In this document: piece after piece, positions 1 through 11,500 of the stretch
Position numbering within the stretch: position 1 is the stretch's first letter
How the letters are laid out: the number at the start of each line of letters is the position of its first letter
Assembly: GCF_018977255.1 (NCBI RefSeq)
Contig: NW_024704742.1
Coordinates: 30,940,001 to 31,004,000 of the forward strand
Length of the DNA: 64,000 nucleotides
Direction: 5' to 3'
Origin: Callorhinchus milii
Lineage: Eukaryota
Position numbers and translations under genes: made by a program
The notes under the pieces: generated by a model
Seen by the model: the letters and a program-made list of their open reading frames with translations, nothing else
What the model was told of the DNA's origin: nothing
The model's database searches: none

Positions 1-59
1 TCACTGAGTCCCGACCAGCGCAAACCCCAGTGAATAAACCCCAGTGAATAACAGTGAAA

Positions 60-147
60 CCTCCCGTACCTCCAGTCACCACCAGGAGTACTCAAGCTGG
101 GGTCTCCCAGCCTGAGTACTCCTGGTGGTGACTGGAGGTACGGGAGG
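60..147. repeat. Near-perfect inverted repeat / hairpin (35-bp perfect arms)
   Basis: 60-94 is the exact reverse complement of 113-147; the stem continues for 6 bp after one mismatch; 4-nt loop. Confidence 0.95.
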
Positions 148-1966
148 AAGAGAAGTGTTGGCATCGTGTATGGGATGTGGGAATGGAAAGAAGAGAAAGA
201 ATATGGTTGGTTTGAGGGAGAGGGATGGGAAGGGCTGGCAACGTGGGGGTGAGGAGGGCCAGCAGAATGGAGAAGAGGATGAGTCCAGCTGCTGCTTCAT
301 TGAGAAGAGAGAAGAGAAATACTAGCACTATGATATGCCTCGTTTTTTTAAAAATGTTTTGGTCAACTGGGTCTGAAAACCCATCACCACTCTTAAGAGT
401 ATCCAAACCAGACCGAGAGTTCCAAGTATGTCATCTACGCATTCGGGAAATTCCCCTATTTGGAATGGATGCTCATTCCTCTCCCCAGAGGGACCCAACC
501 TCCTTATCTAATCCCTGAAAGTATTGGCAGATTGGCAAGAGCCAAGGATATGCCAGCTACTGAATAAAATAAGGGAGATAAAAGGAGCAAATTTTTGCTT
601 TGTGCATTTCCTGTGCAAATTATGCAGGGTTGGCTGGAGGGGCTGAATGGCTGACTCCTGTTCCAATGCTCTAAATTAATTTAATTTTGACGCCCCTGAA
701 GTGCGGAGCTTCTTTGACCTTGATTTAAACTCACATAATCCAAGAATAACTCTTTTATTTTTATTTCTCATGGAATAAAATCGGCACAGTTCTAACTGAA
801 GGACGACTTTACACTAGACGATTGCAGAGCATTCAAAGCAATATCAGCGATATCTTCACTTGGCAACAGTGGAAATGTGATCATGGGGAGTTTCATCTGA
901 GCTGTGACACACTTTTGAATTATCGAGCTTGGGTTTGGATACAATCAACAATAGAGTTTCAAGGACAGTGTGATGTTTTCTGAAAAGTGTCAAAGCCTGA
1001 GATGCCTTTTGCTATAGCTGCTTCTGAAATACGTGTCACATCTTGTCTTGGCATCGGCCTCTTGCTCGTCCCTCGCATTCCTCCGCACCGCCATCGGAGG
1101 TCGTGCTATATACTTGTCAGGAGGGAACGTGATTTGCATAGTTCTCAACCAGAACATTCACCCTCATGATTCACGTCCACTCAGAGTCCACTCAACACTC
1201 TTGATTCCGGTGAGAGGTAGATGGGAGGCAAAATTAGAGCTCTTTATATTGGCTGTAACTGCTGCACAAACAAGAGTGCAGACCCAACTGAAATTGTACT
1301 GGACGTGTCATAAATTAGTATACTGTCGGAATGCACCATCAAGTAAAACATAATACAGTACAAAGAGAAAAAAATTGGAAATCAATGGTGCGCTGTCTGA
1401 ATGCATTTTGTTTGGAGACATTTTAAGACCAATTGATTTTTCTAGAATATTAATCTCATTTAAGACTGGCAGAATATTTCAATGTTCCTCAGGTTATCCG
1501 GAAGCACTGTGAAGTTTTTTTGTTAATTGAAAATGAAAATATGTGTTTTTCTATCTGCATGTAAATATTCGAATGGATTTAATTTCTTGTGTTTGCTGGT
1601 TGACATAATTATTTTATCTCAATTACCTTTTTCAGTCGGCAACCCCACCTTTTCTTATGCAGCTGGTCCATTCATGTAATGTGGATGCAGATAACACAGT
1701 GGCACCAGCACCTTCCTGGGCTCTTGTAAATTTGAAGTCATTGCCAACTTCAGACATAACATACTATTGTAATCCATGAATTGTGGATCTTATTGTTTAA
1801 TAAAAAAAAGAACTGTTGGGGTTGCTTGTTGTTATAGCTGTCAAATCAGTTTGCAGAAAGACAACCCAGCCCGTCTGATTTGCTCTGATTGCTGTTCTCT
1901 GCCTCCACTGACTGACGTTGACAAGTGGTTTCTGAAAAATGTTCTTACTTTTCCCTCCTGTTCCAG

Positions 1967-2568
1967 GTTGCATGCAAATGCTTTGTCCAAATCCGCTTCA
2001 GAAACTGATTGCAATGACAATGTACCTTCCCACAAACCTCCAGCACCAACTGCATCTAAACATGCCATGAATGGCTTCTTCCCCCAGGGCACCTACGACT
2101 CGCCCCCTTCCAGGATTATTCCCATTTCTACAGAGTCCAATCTTTACAACCTGCCAAGGAGTTATTCCCAAGATCTAATAGCCAGAACTTGTTCTCCAAC
2201 AGTTACGGACAGTGAAGGGGATTTGAATGTATTTAATACACCTCCACGGATGTCCAGTATAGAGAACCAAATGAGGCCATTGTCTGTCTGTTATGACATT
2301 CCCCCAAAACCTGGAGGCACTTATCAAATTCCACGACCTTCGGGAGAGGGGACCATGAGTCAGAGTTTGCTGAAGTTGGAATCTATATCAGACGTCCCAC
2401 CACCTCGCCCACCAAAACCTTCTCTGTCCCATGACCGTTCGCCAGTAGAGACCTATTGTGTACCTCGATCATCTTCAGAGGCTGATACCAATTACAGCGT
2501 TCCTAGTTCTGGCAAGACGCTTCGTAGCAATACCATTGGCACTATGGAAGGCCATTTGTTAAAGAAAG
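1967..2568 (+). CDS. GAB1: GAB1 large internal exon (602 nt; Crk-type YxxP cluster and PPPRPPKP)
   Basis: ttccag| ... AAAG|gtcagt; [23 protein letters not shown]...YDSP, YNLP, YDIP, YQIP, YCVP, YSVP. Confidence 0.95.
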
Positions 2569-5500
2569 GTCAGTGTTCCCGCTTCTGTAAGCAAGTAACT
2601 CATTTAAATGCTATTCTCCTTACTTGAAATTGTTGAATAATTGTTGAAGTCAAAAGCTGATGTACAGTGACAACTTGTTTGTACTTGTTGAGAACTATGC
2701 AAACCATGTTCCCTTCTGACAAGTTGGGCACAAATGTTTGGTTTTGTGAGTTAGCAAACCATGTATCTTTAAATTACACTCTCAATTACCCTTGTGGTTC
2801 ATTTATTACCCAAGATGTGATGGTAGTGTTTTAAGGGAAAACTTAGTCACGGGAAGGACAGTTTCCCATAGCCTACATGCTCCTTGTTTTATAATGCATT
2901 ATTGACCAAAATTTTGAAAACCCATTTAACACACAAATTACCCACATTACTATTAACTGCTGACCTCAGGGTGATTGAACTGAACAGCTAAAGAACACCA
3001 AACAAAATTCACTAACATCTTAAAAATGATTTTGGTAGCTTTTTTTTTAATGAATTGGGTAATAGGTGATTTTGCACTTCAAATTTTGCACTGGCAATAT
3101 TTTAATAAAAGCAGCACAAAAGAAAAATTATAGTGTGGTTAGAAATTGCTTGTTGTGTTAACCAATGGCAGAAATGTTTGCAAACCTATAATTGTTCTGG
3201 AATCCTTTACATCATTAGTTGTTCATAACATGGTTGTAAGTGACATTTAGTGAAGAATACTGATTCAAATATTTGTTTTGTCCTTGCGGTTCTTTCTGGT
3301 TGCAGATTGCGGTGCTCAAGATAGCTATGATATTCCACGAACGTTTTCTGCAGACAGAAGCAGTTCACTAGAGCTTGGGGAAGGGTTTAGCAGTTACCTG
3401 GTAAGTGCATTTTAATGATTCAATTACAAGAGATCATAGCCACCAAGCAGTGCTTGTTTTGTGGATTGCATTCCTCACACTTTATGTCAGTCGTTGAGAT
3501 AAAAGATAACATGGGTTTTCCACTTGAAGCACTGCTGTCTTTTTTATTATATTTATTTTTTCAGTATAATACACCTCTGAGTAGGAAAGTTTTGAGTTCA
3601 AGCCCCACATTAGGACTTTGAACTCGCAGTCTAGGCTGACATTCCAGTGCAGTTCAGGGGGAATGCTGCATTGTTGAAGATGCTGTCCTTCAGATGCGAC
3701 AGTAAACCAAGATCCTGTCTGCCTGTTCGGGTGGACAGTAAAGTCCCATGGTATTGTTTGAAAAGAAAAGTGAGTTTCTTCCAGTGTCCTGGCCAACAAT
3801 CCCCCAAATAAAATTGATTGTTCACTCCATTGGCTGTTTGTGGGACATTGCTGTGCATTAATCGGCCACTGCACTCGCCTACAAAATACATGGACACTGG
3901 ACTTCACATTGTAAAGTTTACAGCATATCCTATGAAGTAATTTGAGACAGCTCAACAATGTGATATGGTGCTATATCAAATGCAAGGATGACTATACTGT
4001 GATTATGCTCAGATGAATGTTGAAATAACCTATGTAAGTGACACCAAGCCACAGCTTGGATCTGGGAGCTTCAGTCACTGAAGCCAGGCTAGTTACTTCT
4101 GTAAAAAGGTGAATTTCAGTTGTATTATAATTAAATACTAGATATCAAATTGGGCATCTGAGGAATTCTAAAATAAACCATAGAATTGTTTTTAAAAAAT
4201 GATACCTTTGCTAATTGGATCACAGGTGGTGAGATTTCATAGAGTAAGTGACCAGGACATCCATTATTTTCTCTTGTTCCAATATTCTCAAGGCAGTAAT
4301 ATTTCAGCCCATTGCCTCAAATTCAATCTGGCTAGAACCGAATACTGTGCGACTGCCGATTTCATCAGTTTCGGAACTTCCTTTAAGATCGGTTCTCTTT
4401 GATGCTTATTTGAAAAATAAATGATTTTCTGAACGTTAAGCACTAAGTAAATTTCAATACAGTGAAAAATTAGACACATGTGTTACTTATTGACCTATTG
4501 AAGGAAATTAAATTTGGCGTTCACGTCATGGATGTCCGTGGGACATTGCTGTGCGCAAATTGTCTGTGGTGTTCACCTACAAATACAGAGCCACAATGCT
4601 TCTCAGCACAAACCTGTGAATCGCCTTGAGACATCTCAATGACGTGACAAAGCGTTATATCAAATGCAAGGATTATTGTTACAAAAGAATAAAAATGCCA
4701 CTACAGCTTTTGATTAAACATTCCTGGCATTATTCAAGGTTTAGAAAATAACTTGCCAAAGAGAGGCTTAAGAGCTTACATTCAAACTAAGGACAACAAA
4801 AGGCAATGTAGGGCTTTTTTTGGTAAAAGGTGATAGCCATTTGGAATAGACTACCTGCGCAGGTGGAACTAGAACGGTTTTCAAAAAGGGACTTAATAAT
4901 TATGCTAATAATAATCCTTGCATTTAATAATATTGATAATAAATATTTTGGTAAGGCGCCTTTCATGTCAGGGGGATGCTTCACAGCATATAGCGTAAAG
5001 TATTGTGACTATGTAAATTTTGTGGACGAACAAGAGAAATTCCTATTTGTGGGATATTGGTTGCCTTTAAATACACAGTCATTACATTTTACGTTATTAT
5101 ACAGGATTTCACTGTACTTTACATTAAAATCTGATGCAAGGGGCACTATATTAAATCCAATAATAATAATAATCCTTGCATTTGATATAGCATCTCATCA
5201 CGATGTTGAGACATCTCAAAGCCTTCACAGAATATATTGTAAAGTGGATTGACTATGCATTGTTTTGGGCGAACATAAGGAATATTGTATATTATATATT
5301 ATTATAGGTTGTACATTATATATTATAGGTTGGAGGGGCGTGGGTGTCAAGGGAATATGTTTTAAAAACAAATTTTAAGAAACGATCCGTTAGTTGGATA
5401 ATTTATTTCACTTTTTTTCCCCTCCTCCTCCTCCTTGGATCTTAAGCAAAAGAAGGGAATGATGCCCCTGGCAAATTTGAATATTGAAGAAGCTGATCAG

Positions 5501-8500
5501 AACTATGTGCCCATGGATGCAAACTCCCCTCCACGACTCCATTCAACCAGCCACCCAGACCCAATCCAGGAAACCAACTACGTAGCTATGACGCCGGGAC
5601 CTTTTGAGTTCTCTGCACTTGGAATGCAGGTCCCCCCTCCAGCACACATGGGTTTCAGGGTCAGCCCAAAGACCCCCCCACGGAGACCGGTACTTGCTGT
5701 CGACTGCCAGCCTCCGCCAGTAGACAGGAACCTTAAGCCTGATAGGAAAGGTAAGAGGCGATGTGCACAATTTGGTTATATTTATTGGGGTTTCACCCTC
5801 GATATGTCGAATGTATCGAAAAGATTTACACTGTATAGCGCACCATAATGTTTTTTCACCACTCCTCACCATTTAAAACGTTTTGTTTCAATCAACAGTT
5901 CAAGTGGGAAAGATAAAATTATATTTAAAACATAGACTGACCTCTTAAAGGTTTATTTTGGACTTAAAGGAAGGCAAAATATCTGCAGCGCTCTTGGAAT
6001 TGGGGCATTATTTTACGGAAGTAGAGAAATTTGGGGATAATAAGTAGACAATTGAAGCAAAATTTTGGAAGCAGGCTTTGTTCAAACTAAAGTAAACTGG
6101 AGTCATGCAGGAGAGATTGCAGAGAAAATGCCGTGTGCTGTCTGTGTGTTGTTGTCGAGAGTGTTGCAATCCATTAAACGTTTTGGAAAGTGAGCTCAAT
6201 TTGGAAAGGAATATTCTTCTTTTTAATGTAAGCACGAAATGTACTTGTATTAAAATGAGTTTATTCTGAAAACCTTCCCACTGCCGAAAGGACAAGTAGG
6301 TGACTTTCAAGTCTTCTTACATTCCACTTTGTGTCCATCCACAAGAGGAAGAGAGATCAGACAATTGAGAGCTCCAGCCCTGTACAGACCATTCACCCAC
6401 AAAATACACACAGCCACATCACTTTACAGTATATGCTGTGAAGTCCTTTTAGACATCTTGATGGCATGATAAGATGCTATGTCACTTGCAAGGATTATTT
6501 ATTTGTGTCAGATCCTTTTGTTTTGTCACCGTAAAGGTCTTTAAATCAAAATATTCACCCTTACCTCATGAAAATACCCATTAGATGATTTCAGTTTGAT
6601 TTTGATTTTGTCGTTTCCCCCCTCTTACTCTCCCCCCCCCCCACCCCCACCCACCCATAAAAATAGAAAAACATTTTTTTAATGGGTTTGCGGGTCAATG
6701 ACAATGAGCCCTTTGTTATGCTTGACTTTGTATCAATCCATAATCTGAATCACTATCATCCAAAATGGCTTGCAACACTTCCCAAGTTTTATGCTAAATC
6801 CCTTTCGTTGATATTGGTGTGTTGACACCACCTGGAGTGTGCTCTCTGTCAGTGCTTTGGTGGCTCGATCCGAGGCCACCTTTCATAAATCGATCAGATC
6901 AGGTGGGAAAGTGTATTTTGTTTTTCTTTATCTTCATTGAAACGTATTATTGTGCCTGCATTTATATTGCTGATGTCCTCGCTCTTCTCAAGCTTGTAGC
7001 TGAGCTTTTTGAGTGCACCTTTTCTGCATTGTGCTTTCACTGTATAGCTGTCGCTGGTGGAGGTGCAGGGGAATTCTCGCTGAATTTCTACTAAAGTTTC
7101 CCGTTCCATTTGCTGCTAAGAACGTGGGTTTAATAACACTTGCATTATAGCTGTGCCTAAAATATGTTTTAATACTGCATCGGGGACAGAACAAATGTCA
7201 CAACTCAACAAGCAGGGAATTACTTTTTTTTATATGTCTATTAATCCTCCTTTCTCAGCCACTTGTTTTCAAGCATCAATGGTCAGCTTCCACACTGCTC
7301 ACCAATGTTGTGGTGCTGAGTGACAGCCAAGAAAATATGGTATTAATAAAATCACTGCGAGCAAAGATGAGGAGCATCTTTTGAGACCATGTTTGAGATA
7401 CCCAGATCTGCTGTTCATTGATAGTGGCTCTGTAGATCATGTGCATCAGAAATTCCAAGCGACAGTGTTTTATTGTAGCACGGGATTATACATGAGCTGC
7501 CACTTTGTTCTTTGTTCAGGATAAACCCCACTCACTATGTATTTCTGGATAAATTGAAAGGGGCTGCCTTTTTATATATATATATTATATATATATATAT
7601 TATATATTATATATATAAAATCACCCAATTGTCAAGTTATTAACACAAAAGATCTTTGTAGTTTACAGTTACAGATCTTGTTGCGCTTGATTGTGTCCTA
7701 CAGTGTTTGTTTCATTGTTGTTTTGTGACATATTCCCAAGATTTGAACAGGTTAGGAAATGGTTTGACATTCATTGAATTCATAATTACGAGGAGTTGCT
7801 GAATTCCTGTGTAAGTTTAGGAGGGATATATAGGATACATTTACACAGAGGGTAATTAACAACTGGAACAGGTTACCAGGAAAGGTGGTTGAAGTGAGGA
7901 CATTGGACTCATTTTTTTTTTAAAAATCAGCTTGGCACTGTGAACAGAGGATGGGCGGGTGGGTGTTCTTGAAGGTTGACATCAGATGGGCCGAGAGAAT
8001 ATTCTTTACCTGAACTTCTCTTGTGATCTGATATGTTTTAAGACCTTAAGGATGAACTTGGCAGAGGAAAGTAATGCCCAAGAGACAAAAGTTCCCAAAG
8101 AACAGATGCCATCAGCTCATTCCTCTGCCGGACTCCTATCTGTCAGACAGAATGGAAACCTGGATAGATTTGTTTTCAAGTAGCGATAGTCTTGTGATCA
8201 GTACCAGCAAAGTTAACAAGATAAGTGACTTATTTTGCTATTTATTTTGAAGAGTGGTGTAGCTCTCATTTCTTCATGAGCTCTAATAATAATCCCTCCA
8301 AAACAAAACAAAATAAATTGGTCTTTTTCAATCCACGGCTGTTTGTGGGACACTGCTGTCGCAATTTCACCCACAAATATACAGTCAATTCACTTTACAG
8401 CATATTCTGTGAAACGCTTTGAAACGTCTAGAAGATGCTATATCAAATGCAAGGATTATTATTATTATTTCTTTGGGGGATGAATGCAACTATTTAACGT

Positions 8501-11500
8501 TCTGGTTGGCAGTGATCGATAGCATTAACAATTCAGATCATCATGTTATTATTTCATCTTGACGCTCACAATACTATTTCACTGTGTAATCCAGAGGTAT
8601 GGGACATTTTTAAATAGAAAATTAGTATAAAGGATTTGACCATGTTGTAGTTGAAGTATGGTAATAGTTTCATTATGATCCATTATATGGATCAATTTCC
8701 AATGATTAATGTGACCCCAGTGGCCTTTTTTTGATGCTTGTCAAGATGAGATATGCAAGTACTGCGCAAATGTTTCAGCAATAATCTCTCAGGGAAGCTA
8801 TTGCGCAGGCAGACATAGAATAAACATCCCTCTGTTACTGCCAGAATAAATGGGGAGAAATTGCACATTTAGCATTTCAGAGAATCCAAAATATGACAAA
8901 TTGTTGAATCAGTCTTAACTATGAAACCATTTTTCTTTAAAGAACTTGCAGAAAAAAGGCTTCAAAATGGGGACTATTTAAAGAATATTCAAGTTCTGGA
9001 TTCTCTGAATTACTAGATTGCTAGAAGATGTGATAAAGTGCTATATCAAATGCAAGGATTATTATTATTATATTATATTTATCTAGTTCCTTATTGAAAG
9101 CTTTTTTTTCCAATGAATAACGGGTTCTGGGCTTTTAAGTCACCAAGTTAGAAATGGCAGTAATTTTTTTTTACAAATACAGCATTGCTTTGCTTTTTCA
9201 ACACATTTTCTGTCTTTTGCAATAGTTTCACATGCTTTGCCATTTGAAACTGGATCCTTTTGTATCAGAGTTGTGGCAAGATAAACTGGAATTCATTCAG
9301 ACCCAATGGATAAATCATCACATCAATGGGGAGTGATTGGACCTGAAGAACTTATTTTTCTTTCCCACCTGCTCAGTTTCATCCAGCTATTTAGGAATTG
9401 GGTAACTGTGGAAAACGCAGTAAATGTGTTTGCTCACAAATAGATTTTTTTTTAAAGTCTATTTGTAGAACTTGAGCAGCTGTATAAACAGGGCAGTTTT
9501 GCTCATTCAACCAACATGGATTTGATTTCTAACCTATAACAGAGTCTCAGCATTAACTTGATATTACATACAGTACAAATTTCCACTGGCTAAAGATGTC
9601 ACTACTTTAAACTAGCTGAGTTCTGCCTACAGTTTGCCCGCAAAACATAGGCACTACGTTACTGCAAATTTTGTGAAATGATTTGAGACATTTCAATTAA
9701 GTAATAAAGCACTATATCAAATGTCAAGATTATTACTATTAAAGTTATAGCATTTTAGTACATACACTGTCTTCATCAGTGTAAGACCATACGACTGTTA
9801 ATCTGTTTACAGTCATGGAATCAAATTGCGTTTAAATGTCATTGTCGGCATTAATTAGTTTGAATTGATTACGATTCATTTAATCAGTATGTTTGGCTGC
9901 CATCAGTATCTTCTCGCTGTGTTGATCTGCTTGTCATATACTGGCTGGTGTTTCTACAGATCCAACACTTTAAATCCCAATGGTCTAATATTATAGTGCT
10001 GGGATTGACCTGTGCAGTGCAAATTTATTAAAACAAATTTTGCATTTGATGATAATAATCTTTGCATTTGATATAGCACCTCTCATGTTGAAACATTTCA
10101 AAGCGATTAACAGGTATTTGCAATCAAGTGTAGTGACTGTCCATTTCCAGGCAAACACATTTGCACAAAGCATTTTCTCACGATTGCCATGAAGTGAATG
10201 ACCAATTTATCCATAGATCAACAATGTGATCCTACTCCAGTACTCTATGAAGAATGGGGCCTTAGACTCTTGACTTTTCCCTGGGTATTTTGAAATGAAT
10301 ATGATTTAAAGAGGGCAAGTCTTTGCCTTTTTCTGTCTCCCATCTCTATTGAAGTTCCTTTTTCACATGGCAATCCAACTGGTAACCCAGTTAAGAGCGA
10401 CTGACATCCTGCCATGCTAAGGAAAGCATGTCTGTCCAGCTGTGCTGAGCCTTGAGATCTTGACCTCTGTGATTGGGAGTCAAGTGCTTAACCACTTGCT
10501 GTGGAGGTTCTCAGGGGAAAATAGCTTGATTTGGGTCAGTTTCGCTGAAGCTAGGCTCTGGTAATTGTGGCTTGTTTGTGTAATTTGGAAGATTCTAGAG
10601 GAATAGCTGTAATTGAGGATGTGGCTTTCAAAACTGGTGATGTCGCCAACAGGACTGTTTTGCTGCTAAAGGCATACAAAGGAATTAAGCTGTTTTTGGG
10701 GGGAAGTGATAGACAATGGGGAAGAAGGAGCCTGAAGAAGGCAATTTTCTCTGACTATCAGGATTCATAATTGGCTTACCCCCCTGCCCCCTCCCAGATA
10801 ATGATGAGAGGCAAAAGGAGGAACCTACTATACAGTTAGGACATTGTGGATGCAAATTGCTGAATTTGCATTTTTATAACATACGATAAATTGAATAATT
10901 CTGGGGGGAAACTTGAACTGGCTGATAGGAAAATGCCTTCAATTAGCAGCTGCTGGTGAGAACAGTGAGAAAGTTTAAAATGTTTACAGCACAGAAGAAG
11001 GCCATTTGAACATAAGACCAAGTTCACCTTGCACCACCATGGCAGTCACATGCACATGTCATCAATTTATACAACATTTCATTCAGCCCACTGTGGCAAA
11101 TTGTACAGTACACTCAAAATTTCAAATTGTACCCTGAGACTTGAAGGCAACATTGTTCTGTTTCTCCCCGCTGGTTTACCAACATTAAAATGATAATCCC
11201 TGTTCAGATTATTAACTATAGTTGGACCTGGATTCACTTGTTTTGGGGGTAGAAATTGGGCCAGGGTTTGAAAATAATCTACATTTATTTTCAGAGAGTC
11301 CAGAATTGCTACATTCTTAAATGCAGCCATGATATTCATGAAGATTTTTCTGTAGGAACTGTAGGAAACTGGTGTCAAAGTTAAGACTTTGAATTGAACA
11401 ATTTGCCAGTTTCTGGATGCTGTGAAATGCTAAGAAAATAATAATAAATTTAGACCCAGGTGGAATCTCTACCCCTTTGCTCCTGTGAATGGGTTGGGGG

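Noticed and set aside
1776..1966. N-terminal extension of the 283-aa ORF
   Set aside because: Intronic read-through upstream of the acceptor at 1965-1966; similarity to GAB1 begins at 1967.
6853..6902. Possible extra GAB1 exon (ctgtcag|...CAG|gtggga; [17 protein letters not shown])
   Set aside because: 50 nt would shift the frame, the donor is weak and there is no recognisable GAB homology. It cannot be supported without RNA data.
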